A stretch of DNA of 64,000 nucleotides from Armatimonadota bacterium (GCA_016235455.1 JACRKZ010000008.1:51584-115583); one strand, 5' to 3'; positions 28,741-39,257 are shown, numbered from the stretch's first letter. Numbers and translations are program-made. Notes: generated from the letters alone by a model not told the origin.

Positions 28741-29129
28741 TTGCGGATGGTGACGCACGTGCCGCGCCCCTCCGAGGATTCGATCTCGAACTCGTCCACC
28801 AGCCGCCGCGTGCCCGGCAGGCCGGCGCCCAGTCCGCCCGAGGTGGTGTAGCCATCGCGCATGGCCTCCTCGATGCTGCGAATGCCGGGGCCCTGGTCGC
28901 GGGCGATGACCTGCAGGCCCGATCGCGGCCCACGAGTGATCTGCGCCAACTCGATCTCACCGGGCCGGGCGTAATTGTAGATGTTGCGCGCCAACTCCGA
29001 GATGGCGGTCGCCACGCGCGCCAGGTCGACCGGCCCGAATCCGGTCTCTTTGGCCAACTGCCGGCCCTCCTGGCGGGCCCGCACGATGTCCAGCTCGTCG
29101 ACAATCGGGACTACCACGCTGTCAGGCAT
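28728..29129 (-). CDS. rsbT: Stressosome serine/threonine kinase RsbT
   Basis: DIVRARQEGR, TAISELARNIYNYA, DQGPGI, GLGAGLPGTRRLVDEF, KWLR. Confidence 0.95.
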   Translation of the reverse strand: MPDSVVVPIVDELDIVRARQEGRQLAKETGFGPVDLARVATAISELARNIYNYARPGEIELAQITRGPRSGLQVIARDQGPGIRSIEEAMRDGYTTSGGLGAGLPGTRRLVDEFEIESSEGRGTCVTIRKWLR

Positions 29130-29133
29130 GGGA

Positions 29134-29499
29134 TTAGACTCCCCCCGTCAGATCGGCCAGCCGGGCGAGGCCCTTCTCCAGGTTCAGCGCGGTAACCACG
29201 TCCTCCAGCTCCAGCCCCAGCTCGACCAAGGTGATGGCCACGGCCGGCTGGATGCCGGTGACCACCACCGACGCACCCATCAGCCGCGCCATCAGCGCCG
29301 CATCGCGGATGATCTTGCCCAGAAAACTGTCCACCGTATCCACGGCGGTCAGGTCGATCACCACGCCGGTCGCCCCGGTCGCCTTGATCTGGTTGAGGAT
29401 GTCCTCCTTGAACTGCACCGCGCTCTCGTCGTTCAGCTCAATCTGGATCGACGCAATCAGCGCATTTCCGATCTTGAGAACCGGAATCTTCTGGATCAT
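29134..29499 (-). CDS. rsbS: Stressosome STAS protein RsbS
   Basis: [19 protein letters not shown] (phospho-Ser), [14 protein letters not shown]. Confidence 0.95.
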   Translation of the reverse strand: MIQKIPVLKIGNALIASIQIELNDESAVQFKEDILNQIKATGATGVVIDLTAVDTVDSFLGKIIRDAALMARLMGASVVVTGIQPAVAITLVELGLELEDVVTALNLEKGLARLADLTGGV

Positions 29500-30854
29500 C
29501 GTTCACCTCGGTCTGCTACCAACGTCCCTCGCAGATCATGCGTGTCCGCTTGATCGATCCGCACGTCCACCATCTCACCCGTCGCGATCGGCCACTCGCC
29601 GACGACGCAGTGTACGACACCGTCGATCTCAGGCGCGTCGCGATAGCTGCGGCCGACCAACTCGCCCTCGGCCACGCGCTCGACCAGCACGGTGAGCCGG
29701 CGCCCGACCAGCGCCTGCAGCCGCGCCGCGGAGACGCGGGCCTGGCGCTCAGCCAGTTCGGCCACGCGCGCTCGGGCCACGCCCGCGGGCACCTGGTGCG
29801 GCAGCGCGGCGGCCGGCGTGCCCGCTTCGGCCGAGTACGCGAAGAAGCCTACTCTATCCAGAGCCGCCTCGTCCAGGAAAGTTGCCAGTTCCTCGAACTC
29901 GGGCCGCCGCTCGCCGGGGAAACCAACGATGAACGTGCTGCGCAGGCAGATGTCGGGCATCGCCGCGCGGAGCTTGCCGATCAGCCGCAGGTACCCGTCG
30001 CGTCGGCCGCCACGGCCCATGCCCGCCAGCACGCTGTCCGCGGCGTGCTGCAGTGGCATGTCCAGGTACGGCAGCACGTTGGGTGTCTCGGCCATGGCGG
30101 CGATGAGCTTGTCGTCCACCTTGGTCGGATAGGCATACAGGATGCGCACCCAGTCCAGCCCGTCGACGCCGCCGAGGGCCCGCAGCAGGTCGGCCAGTTC
30201 GCGCGGGCCGCGGTCGCTGCCGAAGCCGGTGGTGTCTTCGCCGATCAGGTTGACTTCGCGCACGCCGTCAGCCACCAGCGCGCGGGCCTCGGCCACCACG
30301 CTGTCGATGCTGCGGCTGCGCAGGCTGCCGCGAATGGTGGGGATCAGGCAGAACGTGCAGTTGCAGTTGCAGCCTTCGCCGATCTTGACATAGGCCGTCC
30401 AAGGTGGCGTGGCACGCCGTCGCGGCAGGCTGTCCTGATAGGGCAGCGCCGGCGCCGAGACGAGCGTCGTCTGGACCTGGATACCGGCGCGCTGCTGCCG
30501 CACCAGTTCGGCCAGGTGCGGGAACTCCGAGACGCCGACCACCAGGTCGACCTCGGCGCACTTGTCGCGAATGAGCGCGGGCGTGAGTTGGGCCAGGCAG
30601 CCGGTCACCACCAGCGTGTCACACTGCCCCGAGCGCTTGAGCCGGGCGGCGGCGCGGATCTCGGCCACGGCCTCATCGCGCGCGGCCTGCAGGAAGCCGC
30701 ACGTGTTGACCACGATGACATTGGCCTGCTCGATGTCGGTGACCAACTGGTAGCCATCGGCACAGAGCACGCCGAGCATCTGCTCGGCATCGACCAGGTT
30801 CTTGGGGCAGCCCAGCGCGACCAGCGCCACGGTTCCGGCGGATGGGTCGGCCAC
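29496..30854 (-). CDS. rimO: Ribosomal protein S12 methylthiotransferase
   Basis: [14 protein letters not shown], [15 protein letters not shown], [21 protein letters not shown] domain. Confidence 0.95.
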   Translation of the reverse strand: MADPSAGTVALVALGCPKNLVDAEQMLGVLCADGYQLVTDIEQANVIVVNTCGFLQAARDEAVAEIRAAARLKRSGQCDTLVVTGCLAQLTPALIRDKCAEVDLVVGVSEFPHLAELVRQQRAGIQVQTTLVSAPALPYQDSLPRRRATPPWTAYVKIGEGCNCNCTFCLIPTIRGSLRSRSIDSVVAEARALVADGVREVNLIGEDTTGFGSDRGPRELADLLRALGGVDGLDWVRILYAYPTKVDDKLIAAMAETPNVLPYLDMPLQHAADSVLAGMGRGGRRDGYLRLIGKLRAAMPDICLRSTFIVGFPGERRPEFEELATFLDEAALDRVGFFAYSAEAGTPAAALPHQVPAGVARARVAELAERQARVSAARLQALVGRRLTVLVERVAEGELVGRSYRDAPEIDGVVHCVVGEWPIATGEMVDVRIDQADTHDLRGTLVADRGER

Positions 30855-33574
30855 TAGGCAGCTCCCGCGGCGCTGGAGGCCACGCCGCCCAGCCGGCCCG
30901 AGATGCGCTCGGAGAGGCCTATCGACTGCTCGTCGGCCATCTTGGCGCCGGTGGCGCTGGAGACGCAGTAGAAGGCGTCCTCGGCGGCGTTGCGCCAGGT
31001 GGTGACCTTGGCCACGCGGATGTCCAGTTGCTCCGAGTGCAGCGCATCGGCCAGCCGGAACAGCAGGCCGCGCTCGTCGGCGGCGCGGATGGACACCACG
31101 GTGTACTGCCGACTGGAGTCGTTACTGACCTCCACGCTGTGCACCACGACATCGACCTGACTGCGGCCGCGCTTCTCGAGCAGTTCGGAGACCGTCTGCT
31201 CCGCGCGCACCACGCGCGACAGGTCCTCGGCCAGGCGGTCGCGCTTGCCCTGGGTCACGCTCTGGCCGAAGTCGTCGAGCCAGATGGTGCAGATGGCCTG
31301 GCGCCGGCCGTCATCGCCCAACGCCACGGCGACTTCCTGCTGACAGAGGTAGATGTCCAGGTTGTTGGCCGAGATGGTGCCGGCGATATCGCGCAGCAGG
31401 CCGGGCCGGTCGGTCGTGCACAGCGTCAGTTCGGTGTGCTTGGCGCCGAGCGCCTGGTAGAACTCGACCACCGGGTCCTCGCCGCCGTCGAGGCGTTCGA
31501 GGTAGGCGATGTGCTTGGCCACCAGGGCCGGCGGTGTGTTGACCGCATACCACACCGGCAGCCGCTCCAGATGCGTGCGCACGACCTCCGGGTCCATGTC
31601 CTTGAGGGCCGGGGCGCGGGTCAGGCGGCGGCGCGCGCGGCCCGCCTGGTCGGTATCGCTGGGATCGGCCATGGGCCGTTCCTGCACCCAGCGCGCGGCC
31701 TTGGCGAACAGCTCCATGAGCAGACGGCGGTCGGTATCCTTGAGCACGTTCTGACCCACGCTACGGGTGTCGGCGTAGGTCAGGCAGGTGAGCATATCCA
31801 GCGCGTCGAGCGGGTCGTTGGCCGGCAGCTTCTCCACGAACTCGTCGATCGTGTCCTGCATCTGCAGCGGCTTGAGTCGCGCGGTGCGCATCATGGTCAG
31901 GTGTTCCTTGATGAGGAACGAGACACGCTCGATCTGATGCTCCTGCAGGCCCAGCCGCTCGCCGGCGACGCGAGCTCGGGGGATGCCGGTGAAGGAGTGG
32001 TCGCCGGTGCCGTCGAGCTTGCCGACATCGTGGTAGAGCGCGGCGAACAGCAGCACCTCGGGCTCCTGCAGGTGCCCGATGGCATCGGACAGGATGCCTT
32101 CGTCCTCGCCGTTGGGCGCGTTCAGCACGCGCTGCAGTTCTTCGAGCACCTTGATCGAGTGCTCGCCGACCGTGTATTCGTGCGCCTGGTCGGTGGGCAG
32201 GAAGGGCAGCAGCGGCTCGAACTCGGGCAGCAGTCGCTCGAGCACGTGCAGCCGCAGCATATGGCGCAGGGCGCCGGCGACGTCGCGGTCGGGCTTGAGC
32301 ATGGCCAGGAAACGCTCGCCCACCGACTTGCGCCGCAGTACCGCCAGGTCGAGCAACTCGGCGCTGGCGGCGATGAGCCGTTCGAGGCGTAGCGACATGC
32401 CCAGCCCGTAGGTCTGCGCTTCGCCGAACAACGCCACCATGCGCTCAGGGTCGTCGCGGAAGATGGTGTCGTGGGTCGGCTCCAGCTTCCACCGTTCGAC
32501 ATAGCAGCCCTGGCGGAACTCCATGCGCTGCTCGCGGCACTCGGCGAGCAGTCGACGCGAGAAGTCGGCCAGCCGGCGCGCGCTGTGGTAGAGCCCGCGC
32601 ATGAGGTCCTCGGCCGCCGCGACGCGATGGTGGTCGCGGTAACCCAGCGCTTCGGCCATCTCCTGCTGGTACGACTTGTGCAGCACGTCGAGCTTCTGGC
32701 CGCGGCGCAGGTGCAGCCAGTTGCGTGCGCGCAGGATGAGTTCGAGCGCGTTGAGCGTCTCGACGCGCTCCTGCTCACCAATGACACCGCGCACCTGGAG
32801 CGCGCCGAGCACGTCCCAGTCGGCGATGCGGTAGACCACTTTGGCCACCCAGACCGCCGCGTGGAAGTCGCGCAGGCCGCCAGGGCCGCTCTTGAGGTTG
32901 GGCTCCACGGCAAACAGGCTCTGCCGGCGGTCGCGCCAGATGTCCAGGCGCTCCTCGGCGTTGAGGTGCAGGAACTCCACCGGCGCGATGGAGGTCATCA
33001 CGGCCTGCATGAAGTGCATGTACAGCGACATATCGCCCGCGACGAAGCGTGATTCCAGCAGTGCTGTGGCCGATTGATGGTCGATGTAGCCCAGATCGCT
33101 GAGCGGCCGGTAGGAGTGGGCCACATGCGGATGGCGCAGTGGCACGAGCACCTGGCCCAGCAGCGACAGCATCTCGCGGATGATCGCGTCGATGTGCGCA
33201 TGCTCCTCGACCATGGGCACGAAGACGAGATCGATGTCGGACCACGGCGCCAGATGCGCGCGGCCATAGCCGCCGACGGCGGCCACGCACACATCGGCGT
33301 CCATGGGCAGCGGGCCATCGCGCCGCTCCACCTCGGCCAGAGCCAACTGGAAGATCGCCGACAGGACCGTGTCGAAGACGGCGCTGTGCTGGGCACAGTA
33401 CTCACCGCCCGTGGGCTTCATCTCAAACTGCTTGGTCAGCGCCTCGCGCTCAGCATCGAGGAACTCCCGAATCCGCGTGACCACCGCGTCGCGCTGGGCT
33501 GGGTCCAGCCAGGAGTCGCCCAGTAAGGCCCGCAGCTTTTCCTTGTAGCGGGCTAGCACAGCCTGTGTCAGCAT
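30854..33574 (-). CDS. glnD: [Protein-PII] uridylyltransferase / uridylyl-removing enzyme
   Basis: AVGGYGR...SDIDL NTase, EPNLKSGPGGLRD, HEYTVGEH...HDVGK HD domain, two C-terminal ACT domains (DRPGL, DERGL). Confidence 0.93.
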   Translation of the reverse strand: MLTQAVLARYKEKLRALLGDSWLDPAQRDAVVTRIREFLDAEREALTKQFEMKPTGGEYCAQHSAVFDTVLSAIFQLALAEVERRDGPLPMDADVCVAAVGGYGRAHLAPWSDIDLVFVPMVEEHAHIDAIIREMLSLLGQVLVPLRHPHVAHSYRPLSDLGYIDHQSATALLESRFVAGDMSLYMHFMQAVMTSIAPVEFLHLNAEERLDIWRDRRQSLFAVEPNLKSGPGGLRDFHAAVWVAKVVYRIADWDVLGALQVRGVIGEQERVETLNALELILRARNWLHLRRGQKLDVLHKSYQQEMAEALGYRDHHRVAAAEDLMRGLYHSARRLADFSRRLLAECREQRMEFRQGCYVERWKLEPTHDTIFRDDPERMVALFGEAQTYGLGMSLRLERLIAASAELLDLAVLRRKSVGERFLAMLKPDRDVAGALRHMLRLHVLERLLPEFEPLLPFLPTDQAHEYTVGEHSIKVLEELQRVLNAPNGEDEGILSDAIGHLQEPEVLLFAALYHDVGKLDGTGDHSFTGIPRARVAGERLGLQEHQIERVSFLIKEHLTMMRTARLKPLQMQDTIDEFVEKLPANDPLDALDMLTCLTYADTRSVGQNVLKDTDRRLLMELFAKAARWVQERPMADPSDTDQAGRARRRLTRAPALKDMDPEVVRTHLERLPVWYAVNTPPALVAKHIAYLERLDGGEDPVVEFYQALGAKHTELTLCTTDRPGLLRDIAGTISANNLDIYLCQQEVAVALGDDGRRQAICTIWLDDFGQSVTQGKRDRLAEDLSRVVRAEQTVSELLEKRGRSQVDVVVHSVEVSNDSSRQYTVVSIRAADERGLLFRLADALHSEQLDIRVAKVTTWRNAAEDAFYCVSSATGAKMADEQSIGLSERISGRLGGVASSAAGAA

Positions 33575-33668
33575 CCTTCTCCGGTGCTCGACCCAGATTC
33601 TAGGGCCGCGCCACCCCAACGTCAACGGCAGCCGGCATCCAGAGTATCCTTTATGCGGAGTTCGCGAG

Positions 33669-34664
33669 TTGATCGCCTGGCCCACCACCACCGTCTCGGC
33701 CACCGTGGCCCAGCCCATCTACGCCTGGGAGCCGCCGCTGGCCGGCGACGAGCAGCCTGGCTACCCCTACCCTTTGATCGACCGGCGAGAGAGCCACGCG
33801 GTCGATCTCGCCGCGCTGGATCTGGGCGGTCAGCTCGTCCTGCCTGAACTGGGCGGTCTGCTCGCCGAAACGGTGGTCACGCCCGGCGCCGGTGACGGGC
33901 CGTTGCTGGCGATCGTCGAGGAGGGTCAGCCGGTGCTCTGGCGGCTCGACCCGGCCACGGGCCTGACCGTGCGCGACAGCGGCTGGCCGCGTCGGCGGCG
34001 GCTGGTGCACAACCCGACCGCACGTCCGGTGTCCCTGCCCGACTGGCTTGGCCTGCCGCCGCTGTCGCTCGCGCCCGACGAAACCTGGCCGGGCTCCACG
34101 GACTCGGCCTGGCGTAGTCCCGCGTTGGTCGCCGAACAAGCGTTGCGCGGCGACATCGACGGCCCGCTGCCCGGCAGCTACGCATTGGCTGGCACCGCGG
34201 CGCTCCTGGCCACGGGCCGTAACGACGAAGCGACCGCGTTGCTGGCTCTGCCGCTGAGCGAGGCGCCCGGCATACCGCCCGGGCTGCTGCCGTTCGTGCG
34301 CGCCTTCGTGGCCGGCAGCGAGCCGCCCTGGCGCTGGGAGCTGGCGTGGGGTGCGGGCTTCGCGCACGGTCGCCTGGCCCGACTGGCGCTCGAGTATGCG
34401 GTCGAATGCCACGATGACGTGCTGGCGCACTACCATCTGGGCTGCGTCCTGGCCAACTGGGGCCGCTGGGACCAGGCGTGTGTGCACTGGGCGGCAGCCA
34501 CCGACGGACCGGACGCCGCCGAGGCCAACCGCAACCTCGGCTTCGCCGCGCGCCGGCACTACCGCGACGACCGCGCCGCGGCCGCCTTCTACCGCGAGGC
34601 GCTGGCCATCGGCGCCGGAGCCATCACCCACCGCGAGGCCGCCGAGCTCGGCGTCACAGGCTGA
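33669..34664 (+). CDS. Short DUF5107-like N-terminus plus TPR protein
   Basis: GGAG RBS plus TTG; YPYP...VLPELGG resembles the DUF5107 start; C-terminal TPRs (HYHLGCVLANWGR, ANRNLG). Confidence 0.55.
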   Translation: MIAWPTTTVSATVAQPIYAWEPPLAGDEQPGYPYPLIDRRESHAVDLAALDLGGQLVLPELGGLLAETVVTPGAGDGPLLAIVEEGQPVLWRLDPATGLTVRDSGWPRRRRLVHNPTARPVSLPDWLGLPPLSLAPDETWPGSTDSAWRSPALVAEQALRGDIDGPLPGSYALAGTAALLATGRNDEATALLALPLSEAPGIPPGLLPFVRAFVAGSEPPWRWELAWGAGFAHGRLARLALEYAVECHDDVLAHYHLGCVLANWGRWDQACVHWAAATDGPDAAEANRNLGFAARRHYRDDRAAAAFYREALAIGAGAITHREAAELGVTG

Positions 34665-35301
34665 CCTGAACCGGGTTAGGTGCCTCACCGGTGAGCCGTG
34701 CCCGGGCCGGACGCGCACCCTCGGCCAAGCGCACCAGCGTGGCCGCCAGCAAGTGGTTGTCGCGCCGACAGGCACCGTGATGGGCGTGGTTGCGCGAGTC
34801 GAGCGTGATCTCGTCGAACGGCTCGCCATCGGCGATGGTCACCTCGACCCGCGCCCATGGCGCGTAGGCCGTGCGCACCAGCCGCACGCCGGCGATGGCC
34901 GCCGCCGGCACGGTGAAGTTGATGCCGTCGCCGTGGAAAATGAGCCCCTCGGGCACGATGGTCAGGAAGCCCACATCGTCGTCGGTCTCCACCAGCCGGC
35001 GGCCCAGCGAGGTGTTGTGGCAGGGATAGGACAGGCCCACGAACCGCGCGCGCCGATGGTCGGCCGGTTCACCCAAGGCCTCCAGCCGCTGGGCCAGCGA
35101 GCGGCGCAGCCAGCCGTTGCCAAAGAGCATGAGGTAGTTGAGCACGAACCACGCGTAGGCCACGAGCAAGGCCGGCGCGAGCAGCACGAACCGCTCGCAC
35201 AGCGCCGCTGTGACCATGGCGCTGGCCACGAACGTGACCGACAGCAGCGGTGCCATCCACCGCCGGTAGACCGGAAAGACTCGCTGGCTCACGCTACTCA
35301 T
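34654..35301 (-). CDS. Hypothetical membrane protein (2 TM plus PH-like domain)
   Basis: Two N-terminal hydrophobic helices; ETDDDVGFLTIVPEGLIFHGD beta-rich region. Confidence 0.65.
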   Translation of the reverse strand: MSSVSQRVFPVYRRWMAPLLSVTFVASAMVTAALCERFVLLAPALLVAYAWFVLNYLMLFGNGWLRRSLAQRLEALGEPADHRRARFVGLSYPCHNTSLGRRLVETDDDVGFLTIVPEGLIFHGDGINFTVPAAAIAGVRLVRTAYAPWARVEVTIADGEPFDEITLDSRNHAHHGACRRDNHLLAATLVRLAEGARPARARLTGEAPNPVQVSL

Positions 35302-35368
35302 CGGGCTCGCTCCGGCGCTGCCTGCTTAGGAGCATTGTGGCCCAGACCGCGCGCCTGCAAACCCCATG

Positions 35369-36409
35369 TTAGGGGTACAGGCCCCAATGCGTCAGGCCCA
35401 ATCCCTCGTCGAGGCCGAACATGACGTTCATGTTCTGAAGCGCGGAGCCGGCCTGGCCCTTGACCAGGTTGTCCTCCGCGGCGGTGACGATGAGCTGGCC
35501 GGTGCGCTGGTTGACGTTCACGGCCAGGTCCGCGAAGTTGCTGCCGAGCACCACGCCGGTACCATGGCAGGTGCCGTCGTCGCTGACGCGCACGAACGGA
35601 CTGCCGGCATAGAAGTCGCGGTAGGCGGCGCGCGCCTCCTCGGGCGTGATGGGCTTGGCCAGCCGTGCGTAGCAGGTGTCCAGGATGCCGCGGCTGGTAG
35701 GCACCAGGTGCGCCACGAACGTGAGGGTCACGGGCTCGCCGGCCATGTCGCTCAGATAGCATTCCATCTCGGGCGTGTGCTGATGCTCGACGATGCGGTA
35801 AGCCTCGACATTCTCGTTGCGATGCGGGAAGTGGAAGCTGGGCTTGGGCGACTTGCCCGCGCCGGAGACCGCCGTCTTGCCGTCGATGATGATGCCGTCG
35901 GGCTCCACCAGCCCCAGCCGCAGCGCGGGCGCCAGGGCCAGGATGGCGCCCACGGCGAAGCAGCCGACATTGGCCACCAGCCGCGCGCCGGCGATCTGCT
36001 CGCGGTATAGCTCAGGCAGGCCGTAGACCGCCTCGGCCAGCAGTTCCGGGTCGGCGTGGTCCTTGCCGTACCACTCGCGGTAGACGGCCGGATCGCGGAA
36101 GCGGAAGTCACCGCTGTAGTCGATGACCTTGACCCCAGCGTCGAGGTAGCCGCGCGCCTCGTTCATGCCGACGCCGTTGGGCGTGGCGAAGAAGACGACA
36201 TCCGGCTGCTCGCTGTCGACCTCGGTGCCGGCGACCTGCACGCGCAGGTCGCAGAAGCCGCGCAGGTGCGGGTAGAACTCGTCGATCCGGCGGGTATCGT
36301 CCTGGCGCGCAACCAACGAGGTGATCTGGGCCTGGGGATGACGCAGCAACCCCTCGATGATGCCCAGTCCGCCATAGCCCGTCGCGCCGATCACCTTGGC
36401 CCGGATCAT
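35369..36409 (-). CDS. argC: N-acetyl-gamma-glutamyl-phosphate reductase
   Basis: GATGYGG, DYSGDFR, YGLPE, NVGCF, VSGAG, HQHTPE, DNLVKGQAG; GGAGG RBS. Confidence 0.96.
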   Translation of the reverse strand: MIRAKVIGATGYGGLGIIEGLLRHPQAQITSLVARQDDTRRIDEFYPHLRGFCDLRVQVAGTEVDSEQPDVVFFATPNGVGMNEARGYLDAGVKVIDYSGDFRFRDPAVYREWYGKDHADPELLAEAVYGLPELYREQIAGARLVANVGCFAVGAILALAPALRLGLVEPDGIIIDGKTAVSGAGKSPKPSFHFPHRNENVEAYRIVEHQHTPEMECYLSDMAGEPVTLTFVAHLVPTSRGILDTCYARLAKPITPEEARAAYRDFYAGSPFVRVSDDGTCHGTGVVLGSNFADLAVNVNQRTGQLIVTAAEDNLVKGQAGSALQNMNVMFGLDEGLGLTHWGLYP

Positions 36410-36413
36410 GTTG

Positions 36414-38216
36414 TTAGTCCTCCGCTGGAGTCTGCCGCTGCCCGCCGGGCAGCCGCAGTGTGAAGATGGTACCCTCTCCCGGCCGGCTGGCAACCCCAAT
36501 CTCGCCGCCCTGGCCGACAACAATCTGCCGCACCAGGTCGAGGCCGAGGCCCGTGCCGGCCTTGCCCTTGGTTGTGTAGAAGGGCTCCCAGATGCGTTCC
36601 AGGCGATCCGCGGGGATGCCCACACCGTTGTCGGTCACGCGCAGGACCACCCCGTCGGTCACGGACTCGGCCTCGACGCTGACCACCGGCTCGCGGTCGG
36701 GCACCTCGGCCACGGCGTCGCCGGCGTTGCGCAGGAGGTTGAGCAGCACCTGCTTGAGCCCGTCGCGGTCACCCACGAAATCGATGTCGTCAGGGCAGAT
36801 GACCGACACGGTGAGCCGGGCGAAGGCCGCATCGAACTGCATCAGCCGCACGGTCTCGTCGATGGCCCGGCGCAGCGGATGCGTGCCGCCGCCCAGGTGG
36901 CGCGGTTTGGCGTAGCCGCGCACCTCCTCGAGCGTATCGCGCAGACGCCAGCCCTCCTCGGCGATGGCCGCCACCAGCTCACGCACGTCTTCCTCGCTCA
37001 TGTGGTCGAGATGGTCGCGCACGGTGGCCGCGGCGCCGATGATGCCGCCGAGCGTGTTGCGCATCTCGTGCGCGGCGCCGCCGGCCAGGCGGCCGACCTC
37101 GGCCAGGCGGTCGGCGTGGAGCATCTGCTCCTGGATCTCATTGAGCCGGCGCGTGGCGCGGCCCAGTTCGCGATAGGCGCGGCCCATGCGCTCGAAGAGC
37201 TGCGCGTTGCGCACGGCGGCGGCCGTGTATTCGGCGAAGTTGAGCAGCAACTGCTCGTCGGACACGGCGAACAGGCCGGCCTCGCGCCGGAACACGCTGA
37301 GCACTCCCAGCACTGCTTCACCGTCGCGCAGCGGCACCGCCAGCAGGCCGCGCAGACCTTCCTCGACATCGTGCGTGCGGTAGGTGGAACGCGGGTCGAG
37401 GTTCATGTCGGACACGTTGAGCGCGCGGCCGGTGGCCAGTACCGTGCCGGTCAGGCCCTGGCCCGAGCGCACTTCCAGCCGGCCGTAGCCGGGGCTGACG
37501 CCGCGGTAGGCGCGTGTCCGTAGCACGCCGTCGTCGTCCACTAGAGCGATGACGCAGCCGTCGGCGCCCATCACCTCGGGTATGGCGTCGATGACGGCTT
37601 CCATGACTCGGCCGGTCTCGAGCGAGGCAGTGACGATGTGGCCCACGCGGGCCACGGCGGCCACCTGCTGAGCCAGCGTCTCGGCCTCGCGACGGTGCGC
37701 CACCGCCGCCACCAACTGCGCCAGCAGCGAGGCGATCAGCTCGCCGGCGACGTACATCGTGTCGCGGTCGCCGATCTCCAGTTCCGCCGCCGCCGCCGCC
37801 AGCTCAGTCACGGGCAGTTCGCTGGCCGTGGCCAGGGCCTCGATCTGGTCCCACGACAGCGGCGCCACCACGCGGCCGCCGCCGGACACCGTGGCCAGAT
37901 GCTCACCGCCGAAGAAGATGGGCACGGCGAAGCGCAGGCGACCGGTGCCGGTCTCCTCGACCAGCAACTCGCCGCGTTCGCCGGTGCGCTGCACCACATC
38001 GAGCCGGCCGTCGGGGATGCGGCGGCGCGCCGCGGGCGAGGTCTCCAGCAGTTGCCGGAAGCGGCTCACGCGGCTCGGCGAGCAGAGGTCGGCGCCGTCG
38101 GGGCCAAGGGTGTGCACCTCCATGCGCAGAGCCAGAGCCAACTGGTCCTGGATGGCTTCCCAGTCGGCCCGGCCCACGACATCGCCAAAGAAGGTGTACT
38201 GGCCCATGGCCCCCAC
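36414..38216 (-). CDS. PocR-GAF sensor histidine kinase
   Basis: WEAIQDQLALA...FAVPIFFGGEHLATVSGG (PocR-like), GAF domain, AHEMRN, NLLRNA, DNGVGI, GTGLGL; alternative ATG at 38207. Confidence 0.85.
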   Translation of the reverse strand: MGAMGQYTFFGDVVGRADWEAIQDQLALALRMEVHTLGPDGADLCSPSRVSRFRQLLETSPAARRRIPDGRLDVVQRTGERGELLVEETGTGRLRFAVPIFFGGEHLATVSGGGRVVAPLSWDQIEALATASELPVTELAAAAAELEIGDRDTMYVAGELIASLLAQLVAAVAHRREAETLAQQVAAVARVGHIVTASLETGRVMEAVIDAIPEVMGADGCVIALVDDDGVLRTRAYRGVSPGYGRLEVRSGQGLTGTVLATGRALNVSDMNLDPRSTYRTHDVEEGLRGLLAVPLRDGEAVLGVLSVFRREAGLFAVSDEQLLLNFAEYTAAAVRNAQLFERMGRAYRELGRATRRLNEIQEQMLHADRLAEVGRLAGGAAHEMRNTLGGIIGAAATVRDHLDHMSEEDVRELVAAIAEEGWRLRDTLEEVRGYAKPRHLGGGTHPLRRAIDETVRLMQFDAAFARLTVSVICPDDIDFVGDRDGLKQVLLNLLRNAGDAVAEVPDREPVVSVEAESVTDGVVLRVTDNGVGIPADRLERIWEPFYTTKGKAGTGLGLDLVRQIVVGQGGEIGVASRPGEGTIFTLRLPGGQRQTPAED

Positions 38217-38225
38217 AGTCTCCGA

Positions 38226-39242
38226 TCAGGCGACCGGCTGCGCCACACCGGTCTGTGACGCGGTCCAGCCGGCTTCCATGATGGCCTGCGCGTCGCGGGC
38301 GATGCGCGGGTCCAGCGGGCCGACCGGCTCGGCCTCTTCGCTGACGATGGCCGTCAGATAGTGGCCCAGGCTGGCCAGATGCGGCGGCGGAGCGTCGGCC
38401 TCGATGATCTCGCCGCCGGGGTTGTCCGCGGTGGCGATGCACAGGCTGTTGCCCAGCGGCTCGATCAGCGCGTCGGCGCAATGGAACGAACCGCCCTTGC
38501 GCGGCGAGTCGGAGACCTGCGTCCAACTGGCCTCGATCTGGCCGAACGCGCCGTCGTAGCTCAGTAGCAGCACCGCGTTGTCCGCCGGCGTGTTCTGGGT
38601 CTTGATCAGCTTGGCGGCATAGCCCGCCACCTTCTCGGGCTTGCCCAGCAGCCAGCGGCAGACCGCCGCGCCGTAGCAGGTGTAGTCGGTGAAGGCGCCC
38701 GGCCCGTTGCGCTGCTCGTCATAGAGCCAGTCGACGAAGTACGGGCTGCAGCCCACGTTCTCCGGTCCGTTGTGAGCCGAGCGGTAGCGGATGTTCCACA
38801 GCTTGCCGTACTTGCCCGACAGGGCCAGTTCGGCAGCCTGCCACAGCGCCGGTTCCCAGCAGATGGGCCAGTTGATGACAAGCTTGACCCCGGCCTCGTC
38901 GGCGGCGCGCAGCATGGCGTCGGCGCCGGCCAGGTTGTTGGCCATGGGCTTCTCGACCACCACGTGGCAACCATGGGAGGCGGCGTCCTCGACCAAGTGC
39001 ACCGACTCGGCATTGGAGGCGCAGACCAGCACGGCGTCGGGGTAGTGATGGTGCAGCAGATGGTGCGGATCGGCGCCGATCTCGGCGCCGGGCACGGTGG
39101 CCGCGAACTTGGCCGTCAACTCGGCGTGGGGGTCCCAGGCGCCGACAATCTTGATGTCGGGGTTCTTCTGCAGACCCGCGATGTTCCACCAGACATGGTC
39201 GTGCGACAGACCCAGCACCACCACGCGCATCGGTTCCGGCAT
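38226..39242 (-). CDS. Gfo/Idh/MocA oxidoreductase
   Basis: GLSHDHV, VVEKPMA, GAFTDYTCYG. Confidence 0.88.
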   Translation of the reverse strand: MPEPMRVVVLGLSHDHVWWNIAGLQKNPDIKIVGAWDPHAELTAKFAATVPGAEIGADPHHLLHHHYPDAVLVCASNAESVHLVEDAASHGCHVVVEKPMANNLAGADAMLRAADEAGVKLVINWPICWEPALWQAAELALSGKYGKLWNIRYRSAHNGPENVGCSPYFVDWLYDEQRNGPGAFTDYTCYGAAVCRWLLGKPEKVAGYAAKLIKTQNTPADNAVLLLSYDGAFGQIEASWTQVSDSPRKGGSFHCADALIEPLGNSLCIATADNPGGEIIEADAPPPHLASLGHYLTAIVSEEAEPVGPLDPRIARDAQAIMEAGWTASQTGVAQPVA

Positions 39243-39257
39243 GATGCTCTCCTTACC

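Noticed and set aside
33584-33847. ATG at 33653 as start, or frameshift, of the TPR gene
   Set aside because: Out of frame; a GGAG RBS with TTG at 33669 explains the ORF without a frameshift
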